From an uncultured bacterium (GTDB taxonomy: Bacteria; Krumholzibacteriota; Krumholzibacteriia; Krumholzibacteriales; Krumholzibacteriaceae), in contig CAWBAN010000003.1 in NCBI GenBank assembly GCA_963786935.1, positions 128,001-192,000 on the forward strand: a stretch of 64,000 nucleotides of DNA. The letters run 5' to 3'. Numbering within the stretch: position 1 is the first letter of the stretch; each line of letters opens with the position of its first letter. Below, piece by piece: positions 1 to 9,990 of the stretch. The translations under genes and the position numbers were made by a program. The notes under the pieces were generated by a model. The model saw only the letters and a program-made list of their open reading frames with translations, made no database searches and was not told where the DNA came from.

Positions 1-307
1 TTTCAACGTGGGCGCGCGGGTGACGTATGTCGGCGGCTCGCCGGTCGGCGTCACGTCGAACATCCTCCTGACGGGCGTGTTCGACGATTGCCCGAACTGC
101 TCGATCGAGTACGCGATTTCGAACGCGATCCTCGTCTGGCAGACGGGCTACCCGACGGCGATGCCCGCGAACTATCCGCCGTTCCAGTGCAATGCCTCTT
201 CCGGAGAGCTCTTCGACGCGTGCTGCATCGTCGCGAAGATTCATTGCACTCCCATTTCCACGAATCCGAGCACCTGGGGGGGAATCAAATCCCTGTACCT
301 GCAGTAA
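1..307 (+). CDS. Partial (5'-truncated) Cys-rich protein with C-terminal WGxIKSLY tag; paralog of 9991..10695
   Basis: Frame open from the window edge. Aligns by eye with the C-terminal half of 9991..10695 (TSNI, CxxCxIxYA, MPANYPPFxC, ELxDxCC). Ends STWGGIKSLYLQ. Confidence 0.85.
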   Translation, partial: FNVGARVTYVGGSPVGVTSNILLTGVFDDCPNCSIEYAISNAILVWQTGYPTAMPANYPPFQCNASSGELFDACCIVAKIHCTPISTNPSTWGGIKSLYLQ

Positions 308-343
308 GCATCGCTTGAGGCATCAACTGGTGCATGGGAGACG

Positions 344-373
344 GGGCCGGCCGGGATTCTCGGCCGGCCCTTC
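344..373 (+). terminator. GC-rich hairpin, probable terminator
   Basis: gggccggccgg/tcggccggccc stem after the stop codon; weak U-tail. Confidence 0.5.
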
Positions 374-546
374 GCGTCTATGACGCTGAAGCCGCGCGTT
401 GACAGCCCCGACGTTTCTGCATTACAATTGAAAATTATCCTCGGAAAGTCCCAAGAACCCCGGGGAGATCGCCGACCATGGCGAAGGGGGATCGAATCTC
501 GAAGGCGCCCGGTTCGAATCGTCGGCCGGCGCCTGAGGTTGGGAGC

Positions 547-2973
547 ATGCACCGAGCCCCGTTTCGGATCACGATGCTGGCGATCGCCGCCCTTGCGGCG
601 CCCGCCTTTCTTGCGGTCTTGACGCCGATGCCGGCGAGCGCGGCAAGCCGCGACGACAATCGCCGGCCCTTCCGGTTCAAGACGCTTGTCACGATGCACT
701 TCGCTACCAGGACTCCGGCTCGTCCCAAGATACCCTGCTTCGTCGCCGACATCGATCTCGACGGCAACGACGATCTTCTCGTCGACGAACCTGATCGGCT
801 TCTCTGGTACGCGATTCGCGGCGATACGATGACGCTCGTGAGGGAGTGCGCCTACGAACACAGGGGCATCACACGCATGGTCACGGACGGCACCGGAGAC
901 GGACATCCCGACTTCTTCTCCCTCGAGCTGCATCCCGAGGGAGCGATGCTGTCCTTGCGCGACTGGTATTCGCCGGGCGGTCCCTCGAAACCGCTCTGGA
1001 CGATCGGCCCCCTCCTTCAACTGGGAACCGACGGCGCAAGCCCCGGGGCGAGGATTTTCATGTTCGGAAGCTTCATCGCCGAAAAGGGCAAAGCTCCCGC
1101 GATCCTGATAGGGCTCAATACGCTCAGGGCCGAGGCCCGCTGCCGTTCGCTTCTCGCGTACGACGTGTCGTCGGGGAAGAGGATGTGGAGCCGCGATATC
1201 GCATCCGCCAGCTGTGAGCTCGTATGGGATTATTTCGGCGACACCTTCCCGCGGATCGTATTCACGACCGCCGCTCTCGGGAACGGCGTCGTGTGCGGTG
1301 ACATGGCTGACAGCCTCTCCCACGTCATGTGCCTCGATGGACGAGACGGCCGGCTTCTCTGGAAGAGTCCGTTGACCGGGCGGGGTGGACGCGGATTCCT
1401 CGCTCTCGCCGACGTCAATGGCGACGGATCGAAGGAGATCCTCGTGGCCCGGTATTTCTCCAGATTCGATGCCGGGGCGTTCGTGATCGGACGGGATTGG
1501 GCGGTGGCCGCCCTGAATCGCGACGGCGATATTCTGGCGAGTGCAGCGATGCCGATGATTCCGAAGGGGATCCGAGCCGCGGATCTCGATGGCGATTCGT
1601 CGCCGGAAATAATCGTGCGGGGAGCCGACGGAGAGATCGGAATCCTCGGAGCCGCTCTCGATATCAGGAGTCTCTTTCTCTGTCCGCCGAACGTAGACGG
1701 CTCCACGAACGAGGTTTTCGGAGTGGGCGATCTCGTGGGTGACGAGAGGCCGGAAATCGTCTGCCAGCTTGGCCGCGCGCTCTTGCTGCGAGATCGGAAG
1801 GGCAATGTGATCGCCAAGCGCTCGTTCGCGCGGCAAGCGCCGGACTCGGCCGCGACCCGGGCCGACGGGCCGATCGACGCGTGGATCGCCCGGTGCGACG
1901 GCGAGAATCGCGTCATCGCGGCGAACGGCGATTCGATCCAGATCCTGATTCTCGAGCGGACGCCCCTCGCGGCGAGAATCAGTGCTTCCCGGCGGCCGCT
2001 GGCCGCCTGGGCCGCCGCCGGCGCCCTCGCGACCGTATGGGCGACCTTCCACATGCGACGCCTGCTCAAGCGGCGGCGGGAGCGGTTTCTCTCGATGGAC
2101 GAGGCGCACAACGAGCTCCTCAAGGCGATGGCGGCGTTCGGTCACGGGGGCTCTTCGCTCAAGGTCATCGATCGTCTCCGGCTCCATCTGAAGAACTGGG
2201 ACCGGATACACGCCGACGGCGTGACGAGGGAGGAGCTCGTCGCGAGGCTTCGCGAAACCTACGTGGAAACGGTGGTGCCGGAAATCAAACATATCGTGAT
2301 GCTCGCCCGCCGCGCGCGCATTCCGGATGGTATCTGGAACTCCCTCCAGGCGGAGGCGGGATTCGCCGCGGAGGAGACGGAGGCGATTCTCGCCACGGGC
2401 TCCGAGGGGGACGCGTACCGTACGGAGCATATCGCGAAAGCGCTCGGGGCCCTCGACGGCGTGGACGGCTCGCTCGCCGGCATCCGCCTGCACTTGCGCT
2501 CCATTTTCAGGACTCCCGTCGCCGAAGCGCTCGGGCGCCTCGTGAAGCGGTTCCGGTACGAGCACGGCGCCCGCGGAATCTCGTTCGCGCTCGTATGCGA
2601 TTCCTCGACGGCCTCGGACGTGTTCATCTCTCCCGTCACGTTCGACAAGATATTCGAGTCGCTGCTCTCGAACGCGGTCCGCGCGACCGAAAGCCGGACC
2701 GACGCCGAGATCGCGATCGCGGTGCAGTGGGAGGGGAACTACTGCCGGATCGACGTGCGCGACAACGGATGCGGGATTCCGCGCGACGACTGGGAGCGCG
2801 CGTTCGAGAGGCACTACACGACGAAAGAGGGGGAGGGGGGCTTCGGCCTCTACTATGCCCGGGAGGAGCTCGCGAAGTTCGGGGGCAAGATCTATGTCCT
2901 CGAGAGCTCCGCGGGCTCGGGAACGACCATGCGGGTCGTTTTCAGAAAATCGGAGAAAGCGGGGGGCGTGTGA
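547..2973 (+). CDS. Membrane sensor histidine kinase with FG-GAP/beta-propeller ectodomain
   Basis: Signal-peptide-like N-terminus, DxDxDG repeats (DIDLDGNDD, DVNGDGSKE, DLDGDSSPE), a TM segment, and HATPase boxes (LLSNAVRA, DNGCGIP, FERHYTTK, GGFGLY). The H-box is atypical. Start 547 preferred; 478 possible. Confidence 0.8.
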   Translation: MHRAPFRITMLAIAALAAPAFLAVLTPMPASAASRDDNRRPFRFKTLVTMHFATRTPARPKIPCFVADIDLDGNDDLLVDEPDRLLWYAIRGDTMTLVRECAYEHRGITRMVTDGTGDGHPDFFSLELHPEGAMLSLRDWYSPGGPSKPLWTIGPLLQLGTDGASPGARIFMFGSFIAEKGKAPAILIGLNTLRAEARCRSLLAYDVSSGKRMWSRDIASASCELVWDYFGDTFPRIVFTTAALGNGVVCGDMADSLSHVMCLDGRDGRLLWKSPLTGRGGRGFLALADVNGDGSKEILVARYFSRFDAGAFVIGRDWAVAALNRDGDILASAAMPMIPKGIRAADLDGDSSPEIIVRGADGEIGILGAALDIRSLFLCPPNVDGSTNEVFGVGDLVGDERPEIVCQLGRALLLRDRKGNVIAKRSFARQAPDSAATRADGPIDAWIARCDGENRVIAANGDSIQILILERTPLAARISASRRPLAAWAAAGALATVWATFHMRRLLKRRRERFLSMDEAHNELLKAMAAFGHGGSSLKVIDRLRLHLKNWDRIHADGVTREELVARLRETYVETVVPEIKHIVMLARRARIPDGIWNSLQAEAGFAAEETEAILATGSEGDAYRTEHIAKALGALDGVDGSLAGIRLHLRSIFRTPVAEALGRLVKRFRYEHGARGISFALVCDSSTASDVFISPVTFDKIFESLLSNAVRATESRTDAEIAIAVQWEGNYCRIDVRDNGCGIPRDDWERAFERHYTTKEGEGGFGLYYAREELAKFGGKIYVLESSAGSGTTMRVVFRKSEKAGGV

Positions 2974-4337
2974 ACGAAGAGCGGATTCGCATTCTCATCG
3001 TGGACGACGACGAAACGTTCATGGGCGATCTCGGGCGGCTCATGACCGACCGGTACGAGATCGTGATGTCGCGGAACGCGAAGGAGGCGCTCTCGGCGCA
3101 CGATCGGCTCGGCTTCGACGCCGTCCTCCTCGATATCGATCTCGGGAGGGGCGTCGACGGGTTCGAGGTGCTCGACGCGCTCCGCGCCACCGATCCGAAC
3201 ATCCCGGTCATCATGGTGACGCGCGACACCTCGGCGGCCTCGGCGATCGCCGCCCTGAAGAAGGGCGCCGTCGACTACATCGACAAGCGCCCCGATCTCG
3301 GCGACCTCGAGCGGCGCATATCGCGGGCGATCGAGGAGCAGCGGATCACCCGGCTCAACGACGCGCTCCGGATGGAGATCGACGAGATCCACGGCCGTAT
3401 GGTCGGCGAAGGCGCGAGGATGCGGGATCTGCGCCGGGAGATCGCCATCGCCGCCGAGAGCTCGAGCCCCGTTCTCATCGTGGGAGAGACGGGAACCGGC
3501 AAAGAGCTCGTCGCGAGGGAAATCCACAAGCGATTCAGTTCCGCGAGCGCGTTCGTGCCGCTCAACTGCGCCGCGGTGCCGCGCGAGACATTCAGCCTGA
3601 AGCTCTTCGGCAGCCATCGGGGGGCGTTCACCGGCGCCGAGGATCTTCCCGGAGTCTTCGAGCTGGCGCACGACGGCGTTCTCTTTCTCGACGAGATCAC
3701 GGAGGTCGATTCGTCGCTGCAGGCCGAGCTTCTCCGCGTCGTTCAGGAGCGGGAGTTCGAGCGGAACGGAAGCTCCCGGAGGATCCCGTTCCGCGGGAAG
3801 CTCCTCGCCTCGACGAACCGGCCGCTGAAAGAGAGCCTCGAGAGCGGATCGCTGCGGAAGGACCTCTATTTCCGCTTCGGCACGCACGTGATCCAGGTGC
3901 CGCCTCTCAGGGAGCGGCGGGAGGATATTCCGGATCTCGCCCGCTACTTCCTCGAGCGCAAGTCGGTCGAGCTCAAGCGGCCGAAGCGCGAGATCGACGA
4001 TGCGATGATGACCGAATTGTGCGGGAGAGACTGGCCGGGCAACGTGCGGGAGCTCGAGAACGTCCTCGAGGCGTACGTCGTGCGCGGCGGCCTCGCCGTC
4101 CCGAATCCCGTCCACATCGATTCGCCGCGCGACCTCTCGTACGAAGAGCTGTACCGAATGCCCTATCATGAAGCGAAGGACTTCCTGCTCGACGAATTCA
4201 AGCGCAAGTACACCGATACGCTCCTGGCGGCGTGCGGCGGCGATATCGCGAAGGCCGCGGAGCGGAGCGGGCTCACGCGCTTCGGACTCCAGAAAATGCT
4301 GAACGAAATCGGGAAGCGACATGCGGAGCCGGATTGA
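2970..4337 (+). CDS. Sigma54-dependent response regulator (NtrC/AtoC family)
   Basis: Receiver domain (ILIVDDD...LLDIDL), Walker A GETGTGKE, GAFTGA, FLDEI, WPGNVRELEN, C-terminal HTH. GTG start overlaps the kinase stop (GTGA). Confidence 0.93.
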   Translation: MNEERIRILIVDDDETFMGDLGRLMTDRYEIVMSRNAKEALSAHDRLGFDAVLLDIDLGRGVDGFEVLDALRATDPNIPVIMVTRDTSAASAIAALKKGAVDYIDKRPDLGDLERRISRAIEEQRITRLNDALRMEIDEIHGRMVGEGARMRDLRREIAIAAESSSPVLIVGETGTGKELVAREIHKRFSSASAFVPLNCAAVPRETFSLKLFGSHRGAFTGAEDLPGVFELAHDGVLFLDEITEVDSSLQAELLRVVQEREFERNGSSRRIPFRGKLLASTNRPLKESLESGSLRKDLYFRFGTHVIQVPPLRERREDIPDLARYFLERKSVELKRPKREIDDAMMTELCGRDWPGNVRELENVLEAYVVRGGLAVPNPVHIDSPRDLSYEELYRMPYHEAKDFLLDEFKRKYTDTLLAACGGDIAKAAERSGLTRFGLQKMLNEIGKRHAEPD

Positions 4338-4375
4338 TCGCCGCCCCCTCCTTTCGACGGCTCTAAAGTAAAAAA

Positions 4376-4486
4376 CCGCAACTGCCGTTGCGGCCAGGAT
4401 CCTCCGGCCTCGATTGTTCTAATTGTCTCCTATTCAAGTGGTTGCGAGCGATTCCACTGATGTCTCATCCGCAACTGCAGTTGCGC
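4376..4486. promoter_or_regulatory. Two palindromic candidate enhancer (UAS) sites CCGCAAC-N4-GTTGCG(G/C)
   Basis: ccgcaactgccgttgcgg at 4376-4393 and ccgcaactgcagttgcgc at 4469-4486, upstream of a -24/-12 site. Confidence 0.65.
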
Positions 4487-4542
4487 CAGAGCGACGGCGC
4501 CTCTGCGCGGCGCGGCGAGCAGCAACCGTTTAATATATTGAT

Positions 4543-4555
4543 AATAAATGAGTTA
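4543..4555 (+). promoter_or_regulatory. IHF-like binding site
   Basis: AATAAATGAGTTA is one mismatch from WATCAANNNNTTR and lies in an AT-rich tract between the UAS and the promoter. A second one-mismatch site is at 4432-4444. Confidence 0.5.
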
Positions 4556-4593
4556 AAGCCTTGTTTGGGCCATTGTTGCGGTAGTTGTCATAA

Positions 4594-4609
4594 TGGAATG
4601 TCAATTGCT
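4594..4609 (+). promoter_or_regulatory. Sigma54 -24/-12 promoter
   Basis: TGGAATGTCAATTGCT = GG-N10-GC with the TTGC core. Confidence 0.75.
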
Positions 4610-4781
4610 CTTTACACTATCGACGAACGAGAGTATCCGGAATAAAACTCGCACAACGGATGGATCTCGTTTGGGCACCGGAGGGGGCTAGGGCGGCTCA
4701 GTGCCGACGTCGGCTCCGCGCCGACGTCGGCACCCTAGGGGAAGAGACGAAGTGAAAGGACACCGTTGGGAGGGCGGGGTT

Positions 4782-5201
4782 ATGAACGGTACCGGAAAAG
4801 CGAGCGGTGAGCTTCTCATCGTCGAGGACGATCGCGACTTTGTCGATGATCTGTTCGCCATGTGGCGTCCGCCCCTTCCGGTCGCCCGTGCGTCGACCGG
4901 GAAAGAAGCCTTCGACTATCTTCAGAACAGCGTCCCCTCGCTTGTTCTTCTCGATTTGAACCTGCCCCATTATATCGCCGACGACGACACGGCCGAAGGA
5001 TTCGGAATTCTATCCTACATACGGAGCAGCGTCGGCTCGGATGTCCCCGTGATCGTTATCACCCGCGAACGCTCGGAGGCGACCCGCTCGCGCGCCGTGT
5101 CGCTCGGCGCGAACAGTTTCTTCCCGAAGTCGCTCGACATCGCGGATCTCGAGAAAGCCGTCTCGAGCGCGATGCATGAGCGCCGGCGCCTCGCTTCCTG
5201 A
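4782..5201 (+). CDS. Stand-alone response regulator receiver (CheY-like)
   Basis: LLIVEDD, LVLLDLNLP, PVIVIT, GANSFFPKS; no output domain. Confidence 0.85.
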   Translation: MNGTGKASGELLIVEDDRDFVDDLFAMWRPPLPVARASTGKEAFDYLQNSVPSLVLLDLNLPHYIADDDTAEGFGILSYIRSSVGSDVPVIVITRERSEATRSRAVSLGANSFFPKSLDIADLEKAVSSAMHERRRLAS

Positions 5202-5336
5202 CAGCGGTTTTTATCCTACCTCTCGATCGATTCCTCCGCTATAATCCGCGAGGCTGTCCGGCTCGGCGCCGGAACACAGCACGCTCCCGCATCTTTCCGG
5301 TTGAATCTGCGTATTGAGATAGAAGGAGGACCGCCC

Positions 5337-5822
5337 GTGGCAAACATTCTGCAGCCCGCCGAGATCGTGGAGATCGGCATCGAGAAGGAGAAGAAGCGCC
5401 GCGATTTCTACGCGCTCGCGGCGGATCGGTTCAAGGGGGAGAAGGAGCTCGGCGAGCTCTTCGCGCGACTGCGCGATTGGGAGGTCGAGCACATCCGAAG
5501 GTTCGAGGAGATTCGGGACAGCGTGAAGAAGGCGCAGTATACGGAGTCGTACCCGGGGGAGACGGAAGGCTACATGGACGCCCTCGTCGACAGCGATCTC
5601 TACGCGAAGATCACCCCCGAGCGGTTCGCCGAGATCGTGAAGACGCCCCTCGACGCCCTCGACCGGGGAATCGGATTCGAGAAGGACGCGATCCTGTTCT
5701 TCGGCCAGCTCGCCCGGTTCATCGATCCGGCGAGCAAGGAGATCGTCGATCGCCTCATCAAGGAAGAGCAGCAGCATATGCTGTATCTGTTCACCATGAA
5801 AAAGGGAATGAGCGGCAAGTAG
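5337..5822 (+). CDS. Ferritin-like / rubrerythrin-family protein
   Basis: E..RRDFY, ExxH motifs (WEVEH, EEQQH), EKDAILFF; GGAGG RBS before the GTG start. Confidence 0.85.
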   Translation: MANILQPAEIVEIGIEKEKKRRDFYALAADRFKGEKELGELFARLRDWEVEHIRRFEEIRDSVKKAQYTESYPGETEGYMDALVDSDLYAKITPERFAEIVKTPLDALDRGIGFEKDAILFFGQLARFIDPASKEIVDRLIKEEQQHMLYLFTMKKGMSGK

Positions 5823-5868
5823 CCTCGGCCGGCGCCGCCCCCGATTATCTGCAAGGGAGGAATTCGGC

Positions 5869-7602
5869 ATGAGAGTATTCTGGAAATGCTTTTTCGCGAC
5901 CATCCTCGCGTTCGCCGTCATGGTGCTCGTCGTCGCCGGCATGGTGGCGTCGAAGAGCGAGGGCAAGAAGAAGATCGAAGGCCATTCGTACCTCGTCGTC
6001 GACATCTACGGCGAGATCGCCGAGTACGATGCGCCGAGCGGCGTCATGGCAGAGCTGATGGGCGGGAAGCCCGAGACGCTCCAGCGCGTGCTGGGCAATC
6101 TCGAGAAGGCCGCGCTCGACGATCGCATCGACGGCGTCATCTTCAAGATATCGTCGAGCAACACCGCCGGCCTCGCGAAGCTCGAGGAAATGCGGGGCGC
6201 GATCAAGAAGGTGCGGGCGGCGGGGAAGAAGGTGTACGCCTACACCGATTCGATGGACCGGAACGCCTTCTATCTCGCCGCGGCGTGCGATTCGATCTTC
6301 GCGCCGCCGCCGGCGAACGTCTCGTTCCTCGGCATGGCCGGCGGCTCGCAGCACGTCAAGAACACCCTCGACAAGCTCGGCATCAAGCCGAATCTCCACC
6401 AGATCCGCGAGTACAAGAGCGCGGCGGAGATGGTCACGCGCGCCGAGAGCTCTCCCGAGGCCCGGGAGAACAAGGAATGGCTGCTCGCCGAGCGCTGGGA
6501 CATGATGACGCAGGCCTTCAAGGAAGACCGGGGCTTCACCGACGAGAAGATCATCGAGCTCATGAGCTTCGCCCTCTACACCGCCCCCGAGGCGAAGGAC
6601 GCGGGGCTCGTGGACCGCGTGCTCTATTGGGATTCGCTCGAGAGCATGCTCAAGGGGGACGAGAAGAAGCTCCGCACGGTCTCGCAGGCGACCTACGCGG
6701 ACGTAAAACCGGAGAAGCTCGGCCTCAAGGGCTCGAAAAAAATCGCGGTCATCCACGCGAGCGGGATGATCGGCGGGAGGAAGAGCAAGGTCGATCCGCT
6801 CTTCGGCGTCATGATGGGGCACGAGAGCGTCGTCGCCGAGCTTCGCCGCGCGAAAGAGGACAAGGACGTCGCGGCGATCGTGTTCCGCGTCGACAGCCCC
6901 GGCGGCGAGGGGCTCGCGAGCGACCTCATCGGGCACGAGGTCGAGCTCGTCTCCAAGGAGAAGCCCATCGTCACCTCGATGGTCGACGTCGCGGGCTCCG
7001 GGGGATACTACATCGCCTACGAGGCTTCGAAGATCGTCGCCGATCCGATGACGCTCACCGGCTCGATCGGCTCGATCAGCATGAAGTTCAACATGAAGGG
7101 GCTCTACGACAAGCTCGGCGTCACCTACGACTTCGTCGAGAAGGGGCCGAACGCGCTCTTCTACTCCGATTACGCGGACTTCACGCCCGAGCAGCGGAAG
7201 CGTTTCGAGGAGAACCACTGGGCCGGCTTCGACATGTGGATGAGGGACGTCGCCGAGCACCGCAAGATGTCGTACGAGCAGATCACGAGTCTCGCCCTCG
7301 GGCGCGTGTGGACGGGGCGCCAGGCCAAGGGAAACGGCCTCGTCGACGAGCTGGGCGGCCTCGACAGGGCGATCGAGGTCGCGAAGGATCTCGCGAAGAT
7401 CCCCGCGGACCAGAAGGTCACCGTCGTGCACTATCCGAAGAAGAAGGGGCTCCTGCAGACGGTCCTCGGCGGCGAGGGGGGCGGCATGGCGGCGACGGCC
7501 AACTGGGTGATCTATCGATTCATCAGGGGCGATCTCGCCGAGACGTGGAACGCGCTCAACTCCCGGAATCTCTATCTGATCGACGACGGGGCGATGGAAT
7601 AG
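5869..7602 (+). CDS. sppA: Signal peptide peptidase SppA (S49, long form)
   Basis: Tandem S49 domains: EYKSAAE, RVDSPGG, AGSGGYYIA, TGSIG, GRVWTGRQA, GLVDELGG. Confidence 0.92.
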   Translation: MRVFWKCFFATILAFAVMVLVVAGMVASKSEGKKKIEGHSYLVVDIYGEIAEYDAPSGVMAELMGGKPETLQRVLGNLEKAALDDRIDGVIFKISSSNTAGLAKLEEMRGAIKKVRAAGKKVYAYTDSMDRNAFYLAAACDSIFAPPPANVSFLGMAGGSQHVKNTLDKLGIKPNLHQIREYKSAAEMVTRAESSPEARENKEWLLAERWDMMTQAFKEDRGFTDEKIIELMSFALYTAPEAKDAGLVDRVLYWDSLESMLKGDEKKLRTVSQATYADVKPEKLGLKGSKKIAVIHASGMIGGRKSKVDPLFGVMMGHESVVAELRRAKEDKDVAAIVFRVDSPGGEGLASDLIGHEVELVSKEKPIVTSMVDVAGSGGYYIAYEASKIVADPMTLTGSIGSISMKFNMKGLYDKLGVTYDFVEKGPNALFYSDYADFTPEQRKRFEENHWAGFDMWMRDVAEHRKMSYEQITSLALGRVWTGRQAKGNGLVDELGGLDRAIEVAKDLAKIPADQKVTVVHYPKKKGLLQTVLGGEGGGMAATANWVIYRFIRGDLAETWNALNSRNLYLIDDGAME

Positions 7603-7636
7603 GCCCCGCCGAACCGCTATTGGCGAGGAGGACGAA

Positions 7637-9706
7637 TTGTCTCGAACAAGCGCCCGCACGATCGCGTGCGCGGCCGCCCTTGTGTTGCTCGTTTCGACGG
7701 GCGCGCTCGGCGCGGCGCGCCCCATGACGGCCGATGATCTGTGGAAGATGAAACGCGTCGGCTCGCTCTCCGTTTCTCCCGACGGGAGCCGAGCGGCGGT
7801 CGTCGTGACCGAGTACGACGTCGCGAAGAACGAGGGGCAGGGGGATATCTGGCTCGTCAAAACCGACGGGTCCGGCGCGGTCCGCTTCACGACCGGCGCG
7901 ACGACGGAAAGCTCACCCGTCTGGAGCCCATGCGGCAGGAAGCTCGCGTTCGTCGCGAAGCGCGGGGGGGACGACAAGCCGCAGCTCTACGTGATCTCGC
8001 TCGACGGCGGCGAAGCGGCGCGCCTGACCGAGATGCCGCTCGGCGTCTCGAACCTGCGGTGGGCGGGGCACAAGATATTCTTCGTTTCCGACGTGCTGCC
8101 CGGCTACGAGGGAAAGCTCGATTCGATGAAGGCCGAGCTCGACCGGCGCGAAGGGCGGAAGGTCTCGGCGAAGACGACCGAGGCGCGGCTCTACCGCTAC
8201 TGGGATCACTGGCTCACCGACGGGACCATGCCCCACCTCTTCTCGATCGAATGCAAGAGCGGCCGCGGCGGCGCGCTCGTCGATCTCACCCCCGGCTGGG
8301 ACCGGTTCCTCACCGACTCGGGCGAGCTCGATTACGACGTCTCCCCGGACGCGAAGGAGATCGCCCTCTCGGCGCTCGAGTTCGGGGCGCCCTACGACTC
8401 GCTCGTATACGACATCTATCTGATCGACGCGGCCGCGCCCGGGCCGCCGCGGGACATCACGCCGGAGAATCCGGCCGACGATCTCTCGCCGCGATACACG
8501 CCCGACGGCAAGCACCTTCTCTACGGCATGCAGAGGATCCCCGGATTCTACGGCGATCGCGTGCGGCTCGTGCGCTACGACCGTTCGACCGGCGAGAAGA
8601 AGGTTCTCACCGAAAGCTGGGACCGCTCCCCGTCGCGCTGGGCCGCGTCGAAAGACGGGAAGACCGTCTTCTTCTGCGCGGAGGACCGGGCCGCGACCTC
8701 GATCTTCTCGATCGGGCTGAGCGGCGGCGCGGTGAAGGAGGTATACCGGGGAGGAACGAACGCCCCGGTCGAGATCACGGACGGCGGGAAGCTCGTCTTA
8801 CTCCACAACGATCTCTCGAAGCCGAACGAGGTCTATACCGTCCTCGCGAGCGGGAAGGGACTCCGCAAGCTCACCTCGTTCAACGACGAGATCCTCGCCG
8901 GCCTCGATTTCGGCCGCGTCGAGGACGTCTCGTTCAAGGGCTTCGGCGGAGCGGACGTGCAGATGTACCTCGTGTATCCCCCGGGATTCGACGCGGCGAA
9001 GAAATGGCCGCTCCTCATCCTCGTGCACGGCGGGCCGCACGGCATCTTCGGCGACGAGTTCCACTTCAGATGGAACGCGCACGCGTTCGCCGCTCCCGGC
9101 TACGTGACGGCGCTCGTGAACTTCCACGGCTCCTCGAGCTTCGGGCAGGATTTCACCGACGCGATCACGGCGGAGCACGGGCGCAAGCCCTTCGAGGACG
9201 TGATGAAGGCGGCCGACCTCCTCGTGGGCAGGGGATTCGTCGACGAGAAGCGCATGGCGGTCGCGGGGGGAAGCTACGGGGGATATCTCGTGAGCTGGAT
9301 CGGGACGCAGACCGGCCGCTTCGCCTGCCTCGTCAACCACGCGGGGGTGTTCGACCTCTGCACGCAGTTCGGCTCGGACGTGACCTTCGGGCGCGAGCGC
9401 TCGTACGGCGGCACGCCGTGGACGAATCTGGCGGACGTCATCCGGTGGAGCCCCGCGCACAACATGGCGAACTACGTGACGCCGACCCTCGTCGTCCAGG
9501 GCGAGCGGGATTACCGCGTGCCGGTCGGCAACGCCCTCGAGGTCTACGGCATGCTCGGGGAGAAGGGCGTCCCCGCGAAGCTCGTCTATTTCCCCGACGA
9601 GAACCACTGGGTGCTCAAGCCGCAGAACTCGATATTCTGGTACGGCGAGGTGCACGATTGGCTCGGTCGGTACATCGGCGCCGGGCCGCATTCTATTGTA
9701 AAATAA
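7637..9706 (+). CDS. Exported S9C family peptidase (dipeptidyl/acylaminoacyl peptidase)
   Basis: Signal peptide, PD40-like propeller repeats, HGGPH, GGSYGG, DYRVP, DENHW. Confidence 0.92.
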   Translation: MSRTSARTIACAAALVLLVSTGALGAARPMTADDLWKMKRVGSLSVSPDGSRAAVVVTEYDVAKNEGQGDIWLVKTDGSGAVRFTTGATTESSPVWSPCGRKLAFVAKRGGDDKPQLYVISLDGGEAARLTEMPLGVSNLRWAGHKIFFVSDVLPGYEGKLDSMKAELDRREGRKVSAKTTEARLYRYWDHWLTDGTMPHLFSIECKSGRGGALVDLTPGWDRFLTDSGELDYDVSPDAKEIALSALEFGAPYDSLVYDIYLIDAAAPGPPRDITPENPADDLSPRYTPDGKHLLYGMQRIPGFYGDRVRLVRYDRSTGEKKVLTESWDRSPSRWAASKDGKTVFFCAEDRAATSIFSIGLSGGAVKEVYRGGTNAPVEITDGGKLVLLHNDLSKPNEVYTVLASGKGLRKLTSFNDEILAGLDFGRVEDVSFKGFGGADVQMYLVYPPGFDAAKKWPLLILVHGGPHGIFGDEFHFRWNAHAFAAPGYVTALVNFHGSSSFGQDFTDAITAEHGRKPFEDVMKAADLLVGRGFVDEKRMAVAGGSYGGYLVSWIGTQTGRFACLVNHAGVFDLCTQFGSDVTFGRERSYGGTPWTNLADVIRWSPAHNMANYVTPTLVVQGERDYRVPVGNALEVYGMLGEKGVPAKLVYFPDENHWVLKPQNSIFWYGEVHDWLGRYIGAGPHSIVK

Positions 9707-9806
9707 TTAATTATGCTAATTGACGGCCGCGATCGCGTGGGGCGCCGCGTGCTTGTTCCCGCCTCGAAGAGCATACGTCTTCTGAGTGAAATACCTCATT
9801 ACGGGA

Positions 9807-9836
9807 TTGACATTTTGCTCCGATTGGAGGTATAAT
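9807..9836 (+). promoter_or_regulatory. Consensus sigma70 promoter
   Basis: TTGACA-N18-TATAAT, about 155 nt upstream of ATG 9991. Confidence 0.75.
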
Positions 9837-9990
9837 CACCTGCGAAATAGTCCAACAAAGCCACGGGTTCGGAACACTGGTGCTTTTGCGGGCAGACTCG
9901 CTCAAACTGCCTTTCCGGGGGGGGTGCATCAATCGCTCAATTGGTATCGTCTGTCAACGTTGCTTTACCACGTTCCGGAAGGGGGATGAA

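Noticed and set aside
1881..2969. N-terminal extension of the 818-aa ORF
   Set aside because: It overlaps the kinase in another frame; the receiver domain begins at GTG 2970.
9845..9930. Possible c-di-GMP-I riboswitch (CAAAGCCACGGGT)
   Set aside because: The upstream GGCAAA/GNRA-capped stem and the closing helix are not evident; an Rfam scan would settle it.
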